A stretch of 64,000 nt of DNA from Halorussus marinus (GCF_004765795.1 NZ_SBIV01000004.1:124001-188000), one strand, 5' to 3'. Numbered from the stretch's first letter, positions 49,493 to 59,814 are shown. Notes: a model not told the origin generated them from the sequence alone. Translations and numbers: made by a program.

Positions 49493-50674
49493 CTACGGGA
49501 GCGCGGTCCGGAGGTCCTCGCGGAGGTCGTCGGCGTCTTCGATGCCGGTCGAAACCCTGACCAGCGTCTCGGGGATCTCGGCGGTGGCCGACCCGTGGCT
49601 GATCTCGTCGGGGAGCATCAGCGACGGGACCTCGACGAGGCTCTCGACGCCGCCGAGGCTGGCCCCGGGCGTGAATATTTCGAGGCCCTCGACGAACGCC
49701 TCGAGTTCGACGAGCGTGCCATCGAACTCGAAGGAGAGCATCCCGCCGTACCCCGACATCTGTTCGGACGCCAGATCGTGTTGGGGATGGCTCTCTAGAC
49801 CGGGGTAGCGGACGCGGGCGACCCGGTCGTGGTCCTCGAGGAGGCGCGCGACCGCCATCGCGTTTTCCTGGTGGTGTTCCATCCGCGCCGGCAGGGTCTT
49901 GATGCCGCGCGCGACGAGGTAACAATCGAACGGCGAGAGGACGTTTCCGAGCCCGATCCGTTGGGCAAACGCCAGTTTCTCGAAGACTGCGTCGTCGTCG
50001 GTGACGACGGCACCACCGATCGAGTCCGAGTGGCCGTTGAGGTACTTGGTGGTGCTGTGGACGACGACGTCGGCACCCAGTTCGAGCGGCGCCTGAAAGT
50101 ACGGGCTCGCGAAAGTGCTGTCGACCCCGAACGGGACGCCGCGGTCGCGGGCGATGTCTGCCATCGATCGGACGTCACACAGACGCACCAACGGGTTCGT
50201 CGGTGTCTCCGCCCAGATCAGGTCGGTGTCCGAATCGACCGCCGCGGCGACGTTGTCCGGGTCGCGGGCGTCGACGAACTCCACGTCGACCCCGAGATGG
50301 CCGGCGACGTGTTCCGTGAGCAGTTTTTCGGTGCCGCCGTAGACGGAGTCCGACGAGACGACGTGGCCGCCCGGCGGGACCAGCGACAGAACCGTCGTCG
50401 AGATGGCGGCCATCCCCGAGGCGAACGCGAGTCCGTGCTCGCCGCCTTCGAGACGGGCCAGCTGGTCTTCGAGGGCCGCCCGGGTGGGGTTGCTCTCGCG
50501 CGAATAGTCGTGTTCGTTGGCATCGTCGCCGTCTGCCCACCGAAAGGTGCTCGAGAGGTGTACCGGCGGGACGACGTCACTCGTCGGGCGTTCCTCGGAC
50601 CTCCTCGCGGTCTCGGCCGCCCCGACGGCGATCGTCGCGAATCCGTTTTCGTGGGAACTGTCGTTTCGTGTCAT
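49493..50674 (-). CDS. Cystathionine gamma-synthase/lyase family PLP enzyme
   Basis: YSRESNPTR, FASGMAA, ETPTNP, HSTTKYLNGHSD, SLGGVESL. Confidence 0.93.
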   Translation of the reverse strand: MTRNDSSHENGFATIAVGAAETARRSEERPTSDVVPPVHLSSTFRWADGDDANEHDYSRESNPTRAALEDQLARLEGGEHGLAFASGMAAISTTVLSLVPPGGHVVSSDSVYGGTEKLLTEHVAGHLGVDVEFVDARDPDNVAAAVDSDTDLIWAETPTNPLVRLCDVRSMADIARDRGVPFGVDSTFASPYFQAPLELGADVVVHSTTKYLNGHSDSIGGAVVTDDDAVFEKLAFAQRIGLGNVLSPFDCYLVARGIKTLPARMEHHQENAMAVARLLEDHDRVARVRYPGLESHPQHDLASEQMSGYGGMLSFEFDGTLVELEAFVEGLEIFTPGASLGGVESLVEVPSLMLPDEISHGSATAEIPETLVRVSTGIEDADDLREDLRTALP

Positions 50675-50906
50675 AGGTGGATCACCGTTCGCCCAACTCG
50701 CACGGAGTCGGCCACCGCTGCGGTTGGTTCGTCCGTGGAAAGAGTGTTCGGTAGCACGACATAGAGGTGCAGGTCGGGGCGAAATTGGCCAGTGACGACA
50801 CACCGCGACGTGCATCGGGGTGTCGGTCGGACCTCCCACGGGAGTCTCAGTCCGCTCGCCCGCGTTCGGGTCGGCGTCCGAACGCGCAGTCCCGGTCGGG
50901 GAACCG

Positions 50907-51659
50907 TCACGTCGCGTCGTCCTCGCGGTGCTCGCGCATCGCCTCTTCGAGGGTCAGCTCTCCGGACGCCACGCGGCGCGCGAGTTCCTCGTCGATCTCG
51001 CGGTTGTCGTCGGCGCGCTCGCGCGAGCGGTTCTGGATGACCGTCAGCTCGCCCGGCGTCGGTTCGACTTCGCGGCTCTCGACGCGCTCGCCGTCGAGGC
51101 GCGCGATGTTCACCGCCGCGAGCACGTCGCCCATCCCGCGAGCGCCGGTGCCGAGGTACGGGGTCGTCCCGGTCTCGTCGACGAGCTCTACCGGCACGTC
51201 TTCGAGCGCTCGGATCAGCTTGCCGCCCTGTAATCTGGCGCCGTCGCCGATCCGGACCACCGGATCGACCGCGTCCGTGACTTCCTCTCGAACCACCTCT
51301 GCTACGTCGCCCAGCGGGACGTGGAAGGCCGCGACGACCATCTCGCCCGACAGCACCGCCACGCCGGGTCGAGTTCCCGGGTCGATCCCGACGACCGTCC
51401 GGCCGCCCTCGCCCCGCAAGAGCGCCAGCGCCTCCTCGACGGCCCGGCGGGGGTCGGCTGGGTCGGCGATCACCGTCCGGACGTCGGCGTCCGACTCCGC
51501 CGGCACGCTTTCGTCGTCGTCGGCTCGGACGAGCACGTCGGCGCTGTCGGGGGGGTCCGCGCCCGGTTCGACGGTGGTGAACGTCACGCCCCGGTCGCGA
51601 AGCTCGTTGACCACGCCGTGGTACAGCTCGAAGTCCTCGGTGGCGACGACGACTGTCAC
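50907..51659 (-). CDS. Conserved protein with an RNase H/YqgF-like domain
   Basis: VVGIDPG…GVAV, VELVDETGTT, DVLAAVNIA; divergent from radB. Confidence 0.7.
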   Translation of the reverse strand: MTVVVATEDFELYHGVVNELRDRGVTFTTVEPGADPPDSADVLVRADDDESVPAESDADVRTVIADPADPRRAVEEALALLRGEGGRTVVGIDPGTRPGVAVLSGEMVVAAFHVPLGDVAEVVREEVTDAVDPVVRIGDGARLQGGKLIRALEDVPVELVDETGTTPYLGTGARGMGDVLAAVNIARLDGERVESREVEPTPGELTVIQNRSRERADDNREIDEELARRVASGELTLEEAMREHREDDAT

Positions 51660-51741
51660 TCGCGAGTGTTCGATCCCGAGGGTCAAAACTCGTCCGCTCG
51701 GAATCCGGAGGCTTTTGCCCGGGTGGGACCAATCGGCGGGC

Positions 51742-52437
51742 GTGAACAACGAGGCCATCCCGACCGGGTGCGGGCCGCTCGACGACCTGCTCGACGGCGG
51801 GTTCGAGCGCGGGACCGTGACGCAGGTGTACGGCCCGCCAGCCGCGGGCAAGACGAACGTCGCGCTCGGGGCGGCGGTCGAAGTCGCCGCCGCCGGCGGG
51901 ACCGCGGTGTACATCGACACCGAGGGGCTGTCGCTCGCGCGGTTCGAACAGGTCGCCTCGGCGAAGGCCGACGACGTCGAGGAGTTGACTTCCCGCATCG
52001 TGATCGAGGAGGCCTACGACTTCGAGGACCAACAGCAGGCGGTCCGGGACGCCGGCGAGTTCGCCGAGCGGGCGGATCTGGTGGTGCTCGACAGCGCCAC
52101 CGGCTTCTACCGGATGGAGCGCTCGGAGGACACCGAGGGCGGGGAGGCGCTCCGGAAGGTCGCGAGTCAGGTCACCCACCTGCTGTCGCTGGCGCGCAAA
52201 CACGACCTCGCGGTCGTGTTGACGAATCAGGTGTACACCGACCCCGACAGCGACCGCACCCGGCCGCTCGGGGGCCACACGCTCGAACACTGGACCGGCA
52301 CGGTCGTCCGGATCGACCGGTTCCGGGGCGGGAACCGCCGGGCGACCCTCGAAAAACACCGCGCGAAGCCCGCGGGCGAGACCGCGCAGTTCGAGATCAC
52401 GGACGCGGGGCTGTCGGGCGTCGAAGAACGGGTGTAG
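51742..52437 (+). CDS. radB: DNA repair protein RadB
   Basis: GPPAAGKT, YIDTEG, LDSATGFYR, TNQV and the LEKHR basic patch; lacks the RadA N domain. Confidence 0.96.
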   Translation: MNNEAIPTGCGPLDDLLDGGFERGTVTQVYGPPAAGKTNVALGAAVEVAAAGGTAVYIDTEGLSLARFEQVASAKADDVEELTSRIVIEEAYDFEDQQQAVRDAGEFAERADLVVLDSATGFYRMERSEDTEGGEALRKVASQVTHLLSLARKHDLAVVLTNQVYTDPDSDRTRPLGGHTLEHWTGTVVRIDRFRGGNRRATLEKHRAKPAGETAQFEITDAGLSGVEERV

Positions 52438-52444
52438 AAGCGAG

Positions 52445-52816
52445 TTACTCGACGAGGACGGCGTTCACGTTGCCGGTCTGGCCGGGTCGGGACGTGACGC
52501 GGGCCCGACCCTCGCTGGTCTCGATGACCGCGCCCTTGGTGACGATGTTCCGCCGGACGTAGTTGGGGTTGGCGGCGTTCTCGACGACGTCTTCGATGTC
52601 GGCCTCGACGGTCTCGCCGTCGATCGCGACGCTCGCGACGTTCGTCGACAGCGCGCGGACCTTCTGGGTGTTGCCCCGGGAGTCGAGGGTGCGGAACTTG
52701 GGGTCGCCGACCGTGGTCTCGGTCGGTTCGCGGCCCAGCTGGTGCTTTTTCTTCTTCTGCGCCGGGCGGAGTCGGCCGCCGGTGCGCTTGCGCGTCGAGT
52801 GTCCTTGGTCTTTCAT
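52445..52816 (-). CDS. rps8e: 30S ribosomal protein S8e
   Basis: RKRTGGR, LGREPTET, RGNTQKVR, RRNIVTKGAVI, VTSRPGQTG.VNAVL. Confidence 0.97.
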   Translation of the reverse strand: MKDQGHSTRKRTGGRLRPAQKKKKHQLGREPTETTVGDPKFRTLDSRGNTQKVRALSTNVASVAIDGETVEADIEDVVENAANPNYVRRNIVTKGAVIETSEGRARVTSRPGQTGNVNAVLVE

Positions 52817-52929
52817 ACCCGTGAAATCGGCGAGCGCACACTTATATATCTCGGTTCCGCGCAATCGGCGGCTCCGGGCCGGCCCGCGGACCGACAGCTT
52901 TAGGCCGACCACGCGTCCGATTCGTACCG

Positions 52930-53382
52930 ATGAGTCTCCGACGCGCAGTCGCGGCCCCGTTCAAGCAGAAGGGCCGCGAGCGCCTGCCAGAGAGCGAGCT
53001 CGTGGTCGCGCTGTCGCTGGACCGCGATTGGTTCTCGCCCGATCAGGCCGAGCGGCTGGTCGACGTGGCGACCGGACAGGGACTGCTCGACCGCCGGGAC
53101 GACGGCGTCGTCGCGGGGTTCGACCCCTCGGCGGTCGAAATCCCCGACGGGTTCGTCCCCGACGAGTCGGTGCTTCAGGAGCAGTCGACGTTCGAGCGCC
53201 TACTCGATCAGGTGGTCGCGGCCGGCACCGAAAAGCAGACCGCGGTCGCCGAGATCAACGAACTACAGGGCGACCTCGGCGTGACAATCGAGGCCGCGGC
53301 GGTCGTGTACGCCCGCCGGCGCGGCGTCGACGTGCGCGAGGCGGCCGCCGACGCCCGCGAGGAACTGAAAGCCGAAGGGTAA
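52930..53382 (+). CDS. DUF2240-like conserved archaeal protein
   Basis: AVAAPF…LSLDRDWFSPDQA; EAAAVVYARRRGVDV. Confidence 0.8.
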   Translation: MSLRRAVAAPFKQKGRERLPESELVVALSLDRDWFSPDQAERLVDVATGQGLLDRRDDGVVAGFDPSAVEIPDGFVPDESVLQEQSTFERLLDQVVAAGTEKQTAVAEINELQGDLGVTIEAAAVVYARRRGVDVREAAADAREELKAEG

Positions 53383-53407
53383 TTCCGCCCCCGCTCGTAC
53401 CGTGCGT

Positions 53408-53809
53408 ATGGTCGAGGAGCGAACCACCGACGGCAAGCGTATCGCCCAGTTGCTCGCCTCGGAGGTCGACGGCCGCGAGGATTCGGGACTGTCGGCGCTC
53501 GACGTCGCCGACGCCGACCCAGACGTCGAGGGGTCTGCCGACGGCGAACTCGCGTACCGCATCGTCAGCCACGCCGGCGACGAGACCGTCGCCTTCGCGG
53601 CGGTCTACGCCCACGAGGACCGTACCAGAGTGGAGTTTCAGGCGGGCGTCGACGCCGCGGCCGAGGCCGCCGCGGACGCCGGCCTGCGGGTGCGACCGAA
53701 GGCGGTCCGGCCGCCGCGAACCGTCGTCTTCGTCGAGGACGGCGCGGCGGTGAAACGCGCCACCGACGCGGTGGTCGCGGCCCTACAGGCTCTCGAGGAG
53801 ACCGGGTAG
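53408..53809 (+). CDS. Hypothetical protein
   Basis: MVEERTTDGKRIAQLLASE…VFVEDGAAVKRA; acidic, typical codon usage; 3' end overlaps the convergent HAD gene. Confidence 0.75.
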   Translation: MVEERTTDGKRIAQLLASEVDGREDSGLSALDVADADPDVEGSADGELAYRIVSHAGDETVAFAAVYAHEDRTRVEFQAGVDAAAEAAADAGLRVRPKAVRPPRTVVFVEDGAAVKRATDAVVAALQALEETG

Positions 53810-54442
53810 CTCGGCCGCGAGCCGATCGCGTTCGACGTGGGCGTCGGCCGCCGGCGCGGGGTCGGGGCCCCCGTCGAAGACGACCTGTATCGCCGCCATC
53901 CCGGCGGCCTGCGCGCCGTGAACGTCGGCCTCGGGGTCGTCGCCGACGTAGACCGCTCGCTCGGGGGCGACCCCGAGTTCGTCGAGGATCGCCGCGAACG
54001 CGCGCTCGTCTGGCTTGCCGGCGTCGAGTTCGCCGGTCACGACCGTCGCGTCGAACGCGTCCACCCACTCGAACGCTTCGAGTTTGCTTCGCTGGGCGCG
54101 GGTCGACCCGTTCGTGAGGAGTCCGAGCCGATAGCGTTCGCGCAGGTCCGCGAGCAGGCCCGGGACCCCCTCGACCGGCGCGAGCGCGTCGCCGAGCGCC
54201 TCGCGGTAGGCCTCGGCGAGCGCCGCGGGATCGGCGTCGCTGTCGGCCGCGTCGAGGATGTCGGCGAAGATCGGCGTCCTGCTCTCGACGTCGAGGTAGT
54301 CGGCGTGGACATCTAGGTAGGTCGCCCGGTCGATTCGGGGCGCGCCGACCGCCTCGGTCGCGTCGTCGAGCACCTCCTGGCGGGGGCGATCGGGAACGGT
54401 CAGCGTGTAGTCGAAGTCGAAGACGACGGCGGTGACGGTCAC
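53783..54442 (-). CDS. HAD-superfamily hydrolase
   Basis: FDFDYTL, LTNG, GKPD, YVGDDPEADV.GA. Confidence 0.92.
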   Translation of the reverse strand: MTVTAVVFDFDYTLTVPDRPRQEVLDDATEAVGAPRIDRATYLDVHADYLDVESRTPIFADILDAADSDADPAALAEAYREALGDALAPVEGVPGLLADLRERYRLGLLTNGSTRAQRSKLEAFEWVDAFDATVVTGELDAGKPDERAFAAILDELGVAPERAVYVGDDPEADVHGAQAAGMAAIQVVFDGGPDPAPAADAHVERDRLAAELPGLLESL

Positions 54443-54518
54443 GCCACGCTCTTGGACGGAGTCCGACTTGATACCTGCGGAGAGCAAGAGCCATGAGGGC
54501 CCGCGGGCAACTGTCGGC

Positions 54519-55367
54519 GTGACCTGTTTCGACCGGCTTCGGAACCGGATACGCGAGACCGGCGGCGGCCTCGCGGTCGGGCTGAACCCCGAGCGTTCGC
54601 GGCTCCCCGCCGACTGTCGCGAGTACGACTACCCTCGGCGGGCGTTCACCCGCCGCATCGTCGACGCGACCAGCGACCGCGCGGCGGCTTACACCCTGAA
54701 CCCGGCGTACTACGCCGACGCCGACGGTCGGGTCGCGATGGCCGAGACCGTCGCCTACGCCCGCGGACGGGGCGTGCCGGTCATACTCGACGGCAAGTGG
54801 ACCGCGATCCGCGGGTCGCGGGTCGGTCTGCTCGATTCGGTGGACGCGGTGACGGTCGCGCCAGCGGTCGGCGTCGGCTCGGGCGCGCTCGGCGACGAGG
54901 CGCTCGCGCGACTTCGAGACACCGAGACGGCGGCGTTCGCGGTCTGCCGGACGCCCAACGCGGGGGCGAGCGACCTCCAGGCGCTCGCGGTCGCCGGCGA
55001 GAGCGACCCCGAGGAGACGGTAGCCGAGCGGGTGGCCTCGCGGGTCGCCGAACGGGCGGCCGACGCCGAGACCGCGATCGGACTGCTGGTCGGCGGCCCG
55101 AGCGAGACGCTCGAACGGCTCCGCGAGCGCGCCCCGGACCTGCCGTTTCTCGCGGTCGGCGAGACGAGCAACGACCCCGACGTCGCCGACTACGTGACTC
55201 CCGACGACGCGGGCGAGCCGGGCGTCGGCCTCGTGGAGGCCGGCCGGGAAGTCATCTACGCCGGCGAGGCCCCCGGCGCCGCCCCCAGCCGCGATCGGGA
55301 CCGGGACGCCGACGCGTACGCCGCCGCGGCCCGGCAGGCGGCGGGACGACTCAGCCGCCGGCTTTAA
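54519..55367 (+). CDS. Orotidine-5'-phosphate decarboxylase-like protein with a degenerate active site
   Basis: PyrF framework (FDRL…VGLNP…RRIVDAT…VPVILDGK…CRTPN.GA.DLQ…REVIYAG) but catalytic positions altered. Confidence 0.75.
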   Translation: MTCFDRLRNRIRETGGGLAVGLNPERSRLPADCREYDYPRRAFTRRIVDATSDRAAAYTLNPAYYADADGRVAMAETVAYARGRGVPVILDGKWTAIRGSRVGLLDSVDAVTVAPAVGVGSGALGDEALARLRDTETAAFAVCRTPNAGASDLQALAVAGESDPEETVAERVASRVAERAADAETAIGLLVGGPSETLERLRERAPDLPFLAVGETSNDPDVADYVTPDDAGEPGVGLVEAGREVIYAGEAPGAAPSRDRDRDADAYAAAARQAAGRLSRRL

Positions 55368-55564
55368 AAGCGCATCACGTCCTCGTCGTCGAGATCGTCG
55401 GGTACCGTGGTCGCGCGCCCGTCGTCCCCGTCGGTCGAAGCGCACTGGACACAGAGGTCGAACCGCTCGCTCCAGTGGTCCTCGCAGGCGAGAGTCCCGC
55501 AGTTCGGACACGAGTGGGCCGCCTCGTTGCGCTCGCAGATCTGACAGAGGCCGGTGACGCTCAT
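55364..55564 (-). CDS. Small Cys-rich zinc-finger protein
   Basis: CQIC…CPNCG..AC..H…CVQC. Confidence 0.85.
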   Translation of the reverse strand: MSVTGLCQICERNEAAHSCPNCGTLACEDHWSERFDLCVQCASTDGDDGRATTVPDDLDDEDVMRF

Positions 55565-55803
55565 GGCGAGTACGTACGACGCCCGGCCCAATGAGTGTGT
55601 GGGCGACCCGCGATTCGGGCGTCGTCTCAGCGCGCCGACGACTCGATGACATCGGTGTCAGCCGGTGGCGCCAGTGTTGCCGAGATTATATATCGGTTCC
55701 GAATAGAACTACGTTCCGTGACGAAACCCAGTAACCGATCGAAACCTGAATCGCGCCCACGGACCCTCGAACCAGACGCCCGATCGCGGGAGGTGTCGGT
55801 CTG

Positions 55804-56220
55804 ATGGCGGTCACCGGCGTCGAAGGGATCGCGCTCCTCGTCGGTCGCGTCCTGTTCGGGGGCGTCGTCGCGTTCATGGGGTTCAACCACTTCGTGCAGA
55901 CCGAACAGATGACCGGATACGCCGAGTTCAAGGGCCTCCCCGCTCCGACGCTCTCGGTCCTCGGGTCGGGGGCCGTCCTCGTCGCCGGCGGCCTCGGCGT
56001 TCTCGCCGGCGCGTTTCCCGTCGCGAGCGCGATCGCCGTCGCGGCGTTCCTCTTACTCTCGGCGGTGACGATGCACGACTTCTGGGCCGTCCCCGACGAC
56101 CAACGGCAAGACGAGATGACCCAGTTCCTCAAGAACGTCGCGCTGGCCGGCGGTGCTGTCGTGGTCGCGGCGGTCGGCACGCAGGCGTGGGCGTACGACC
56201 TCGGCCTCCGTCTCCTGTAA
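55804..56220 (+). CDS. DoxX family membrane protein
   Basis: GRVLFG…G.NHF, MHDFW, FLKNVALAGG; GGAGGT SD upstream. Confidence 0.92.
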   Translation: MAVTGVEGIALLVGRVLFGGVVAFMGFNHFVQTEQMTGYAEFKGLPAPTLSVLGSGAVLVAGGLGVLAGAFPVASAIAVAAFLLLSAVTMHDFWAVPDDQRQDEMTQFLKNVALAGGAVVVAAVGTQAWAYDLGLRLL

Positions 56221-56313
56221 CGCCGCACGACTGTTCTCAAAATTCGTTCTCGGGTCGGGACGGAGCGAGCAGTCCGACGCGGCGAATCGCAGGGCGGACG
56301 GATCGAAATGCCG

Positions 56314-57243
56314 TCAGTCGTCGGCGACTTCCTCGCGGAGCGTCCCCAACTCGGCCATCCGCTCGGCGTGGGCGTTGTGCTGGTGGATGGACTCGTCGTT
56401 GCTCTGTTTCATCGTGACGACCGCGTCGTCGGGGAGGTCGGGGAACTGGGCCACCACGCCCTCGGCCATGTCGCGCACGCAGTCCTCGACAAACTTCGCG
56501 TTGGCGTGGGCCTCGAAAGTCATGTGGTCCTCGTCGGGACGCTTCGCGAGGTTGTAGATCCGCGCGCTCATCGAGTCGCGGGCCACCTCGATCAACTCCA
56601 GGAGGTTCACCTCGGGCGCGCCCTCGCTCTCGACGGTGAGCGTCGCGTGACCGCGCTGGGAGTGGCCCGCTTGGGGGACCTCCCGCAGGAACTCCCGCAC
56701 CTCCTCGTCACCGACTCCGAGGTCCTCGAGTTTCCGGCGGGCGGTCTCGCTCATCATCCCCTGCGAGCAGGGACAGACGGTCATGCCGGTGACCCGCGCG
56801 CCGATCTTCTCGCGGGTGCCCTCGTCGGTGGCGGTCGCGCCCGCGAGGATGTCGACGGTCGCCTGCGTCGGGCGCTCGCTCGCCGGGGTCTCGTCTTTGA
56901 TCATGTACTCGGCCTCCATCTGGACCTCGGCCTTGGAGGTGTAGTCGTGTTTCTCGAGGAGGCGCTCGGCGGCCTCCCCGCAGACGTCCTCGACGCGATA
57001 GGTGGGTTCGGTCACCGCGTCTTCGAGGATCTCGTCGACGACTTCCATGTTGCGACTCATGTCCGCGCCCTTCCGCCAACTCGGCAGGTCGACCAGCACT
57101 TCGAACTCCGCGGTCAGCACGATCGGCCGCTTGTCGGGTCGCGCGAGTTCGACCAGCTTGGTCACGCCCGTCACGCCGACCCGGTTCAGGCCGACTTCTA
57201 CGTCCGGCTCGGACGCCTGTACGTCCGGCAGTTGCTCGTCCAT
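56314..57243 (-). CDS. mptA: GTP cyclohydrolase MptA (FolE2 family)
   Basis: [44 protein letters not shown]. Confidence 0.95.
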   Translation of the reverse strand: MDEQLPDVQASEPDVEVGLNRVGVTGVTKLVELARPDKRPIVLTAEFEVLVDLPSWRKGADMSRNMEVVDEILEDAVTEPTYRVEDVCGEAAERLLEKHDYTSKAEVQMEAEYMIKDETPASERPTQATVDILAGATATDEGTREKIGARVTGMTVCPCSQGMMSETARRKLEDLGVGDEEVREFLREVPQAGHSQRGHATLTVESEGAPEVNLLELIEVARDSMSARIYNLAKRPDEDHMTFEAHANAKFVEDCVRDMAEGVVAQFPDLPDDAVVTMKQSNDESIHQHNAHAERMAELGTLREEVADD

Positions 57244-57293
57244 TACCCGAGGATAGCGAGCGGGGCTGATTAGGGCTTTCCCTTTCGGAAAAG

Positions 57294-58115
57294 TCAGTCG
57301 AGCTTCCCGAGCGCCTCGAAGAAGTCGCTCGCCGGTTCGGCGATCCGGGCCGGCTCGTCGGCGACGCCAACTCGGACCCACTCGGGGGTCTCGATCCGCT
57401 TGCGGGTGCTGTCGCCGCTGACGAAGCCGTGTTCGGCGTCGGCCGCCCGAATCTCGACCTCGCTGTCGCTCGGGATCACCAGCGGCGCCATCGACTCGGC
57501 CGCGCACATCTCGGTCACGATCAGGGCGTCGACCTCGGGGTGGACCACCGGGCCGCCCTCGCTGAGGTTGTACGCGGTGCTACCGGTCGACGTCGAGACC
57601 AGCACGCCGTCGCCCCGACCGCCGGCGAACAGCCGACCGTCGACCCTGACCTCGTACTCGATCCCGTTGCCGTGGCCCCGCTGGGCGCCCTGGACGACGA
57701 TCTCGTTGAGCGCCGGCGGGAGCGTCCAGTCGCCGTCGCCGTCGGCGATCAGCCGGGGCGCCTCCCGGACCGGGATCGATCCCGATTCGCGGTAAACGGC
57801 GACCACCGACTCGACCGTCTGGACCGCCTCGCGAGGTGCGACGCCGTTGAGGAATCCGACCTCGCCGAGGTTGACCCCCAGAATCGGCGTCGAGCCCGCG
57901 CCGCGGGCCGCAAAGAGGAACGTCCCGTCACCGCCGATCGAGACCACGAGGTCTGTGGCGTCCATCTCGTCGACCGGCCGACCGTCGCCGTCGACCGTCG
58001 CGGCCGTCGCGGCGTCGAGCCAGACGGTCACGTCGTCGGGCAGCGTTTCACGTATTCGTGCGGCCAGAAAGGCGGCGCGGGAGTTGCCCTTCTGGGCGAC
58101 GATACCGACTTTCAT
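57294..58115 (-). CDS. nadK: NAD(+) kinase
   Basis: [38 protein letters not shown]. Confidence 0.95.
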   Translation of the reverse strand: MKVGIVAQKGNSRAAFLAARIRETLPDDVTVWLDAATAATVDGDGRPVDEMDATDLVVSIGGDGTFLFAARGAGSTPILGVNLGEVGFLNGVAPREAVQTVESVVAVYRESGSIPVREAPRLIADGDGDWTLPPALNEIVVQGAQRGHGNGIEYEVRVDGRLFAGGRGDGVLVSTSTGSTAYNLSEGGPVVHPEVDALIVTEMCAAESMAPLVIPSDSEVEIRAADAEHGFVSGDSTRKRIETPEWVRVGVADEPARIAEPASDFFEALGKLD

Positions 58116-58233
58116 CGATGGCACTTCTCGCCCGGTCGGCAAAAGTCCGCCGACACCGAGAAACATTCAAATGCGGTCGGTCCGACGTGTCACACATGTT
58201 CCCGCGCGCTCGACGGTCACGGAGGTGGACGGC

Positions 58234-59604
58234 GTGAGCGACGACGACTGGTTCGAGCGCGCGCTCGACGAGGCGTCCGACGAGGAGACCGACGACTCCG
58301 AGTCCGAAGACGGCGAGCGCTCGGCCGACGCCGAGGCGCCCTCCGAGATCGGAGACCGGGAGAATGCAGGCGCCGACCCGGGCGGAATCGAGCGCGAGGC
58401 AGACCGCGGCGAGTCGGAGTTCGGCGGCGACGCCGACACGGACGCCGGATTCGGCACCGATTCCGGGACGGACACCGGGTTTGGCGACGCCGGCGGCGCC
58501 GACGGATTCGGGGATACGTCCGAGACTGACCCCGGATTCGGGGATGATGCCGACACGGACTCCGGGTTCGGCCCAGACGCCGAGGGCGGTGACGTCGTCG
58601 GCGACGATCGGGACGCCGGGGACGGCCCCGACGGCGAAGCCGACGGGTTCGCGGACGCCGACCCCTACGAGGCCAGCGACGACGAGGGGCTGTTCGACGA
58701 GGACTTCAGCACCGCCTTCGAGAACGCACCGGGCGGCGGTGGCGCCGGCGGCGACACGGAGTTCGGCGACGCCGGCCTCGGCGACGCCGCCCCCGAGGGG
58801 TTCGGTGGCGACGACGCCGGCTTCGGGATGGGCGGTGGCGGCGGGTTCGGCGAGACCGACGAGCCGTTCGAGGAAACCGAGTTCGACGAGGAGTTCGAGT
58901 CGTCGATCCCGCGAGTGGACGTCGGAATCGAGGGCCTCGACAGCATGATTCAGGGCGGGGTGCCCGAGCGGTCGCTGTTGACCACCATCGGGTCGGCCGG
59001 GACCGGCAAGACCACGTTCGGGCTCCAGTTCCTCAACGAGGCGCTCGAAGCCGGCGAGAACGCGGTGTTCATCACCCTCGAAGAGAGCCGCGGTCGGATC
59101 ATCAACACCGCCACCGAGAAGGGGTGGTCGTTCGACGACTACGAGTCGGAGGGACGGCTCGCGGTCATCGACCTCGACCCCATCGAGATGGCGAACAGCC
59201 TCACGTCGATCCGAAACGACCTCCCGCGGCTCATCGAGGACTTCGGCGCGTCGCGGCTCGTCCTCGACTCGGTGTCGCTGCTGGAGATGATGTACGACGA
59301 GCAGGCGACCCGCCGCAACGAGGTGTACGACTTCACGCGGAGCCTCAAGCAGGCGGGCGTGACCACGATGCTCACCAGCGAGGCCAGCGAGGAGAACTCC
59401 TACGCCTCCCGGCACGGCATCATCGAGTATCTGGTGGACGCGGTCTTCATCCTGCGGTACATCCGATCGAGCGACGACTTCCGGGAGACGCGGCTCGCGG
59501 TCGAGATTCAGAAGATTCGGGACGCGAACCACTCCCGGGAGATCAAACCCTACTCCATCACGAACGACGGCATCAGCGTCTATCGGCAGGCGAATATCTT
59601 CTGA
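58234..59604 (+). CDS. Single-domain KaiC-like ATPase with a long acidic GFG-repeat N-terminus
   Basis: GSAGTGKT, FITLEE, LVLDSVS, EYLVDAV, IQKIR…HSR…Y.I.NDGI; GGAGGTG SD upstream of the GTG at 58234. Confidence 0.9.
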   Translation: MSDDDWFERALDEASDEETDDSESEDGERSADAEAPSEIGDRENAGADPGGIEREADRGESEFGGDADTDAGFGTDSGTDTGFGDAGGADGFGDTSETDPGFGDDADTDSGFGPDAEGGDVVGDDRDAGDGPDGEADGFADADPYEASDDEGLFDEDFSTAFENAPGGGGAGGDTEFGDAGLGDAAPEGFGGDDAGFGMGGGGGFGETDEPFEETEFDEEFESSIPRVDVGIEGLDSMIQGGVPERSLLTTIGSAGTGKTTFGLQFLNEALEAGENAVFITLEESRGRIINTATEKGWSFDDYESEGRLAVIDLDPIEMANSLTSIRNDLPRLIEDFGASRLVLDSVSLLEMMYDEQATRRNEVYDFTRSLKQAGVTTMLTSEASEENSYASRHGIIEYLVDAVFILRYIRSSDDFRETRLAVEIQKIRDANHSREIKPYSITNDGISVYRQANIF

Positions 59605-59715
59605 GGCGACCTGTTGCTGTCTTTGCGAGCACCGGTTCGGAAGCCCGGCGGTCTTCGGGTGCGGGCGGCGCCTGCACGCGCGGCCCTTGCAGACGCTCGA
59701 TCAAAAACACCGGGA
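59605..59715 (+). repeat. Stop-codon-anchored palindromic element, degenerate copy 4
   Basis: CTTTGCGAG…CCCTTGCAGACGCTCGATCAAAAACAC resembles CCTTGCAAAGCGTTCATGAAAACGC of copy 3. Confidence 0.45.
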
Positions 59716-59814
59716 GAGCGTAGTGGTGAGAGGGGTTGGCACGGACGCTGAGCGCGTCTCGCCGGGGGCGGCGCGACTCGCGGAGCCCGTCGGACGGCGA
59801 CAGCGAGGCGTAGC

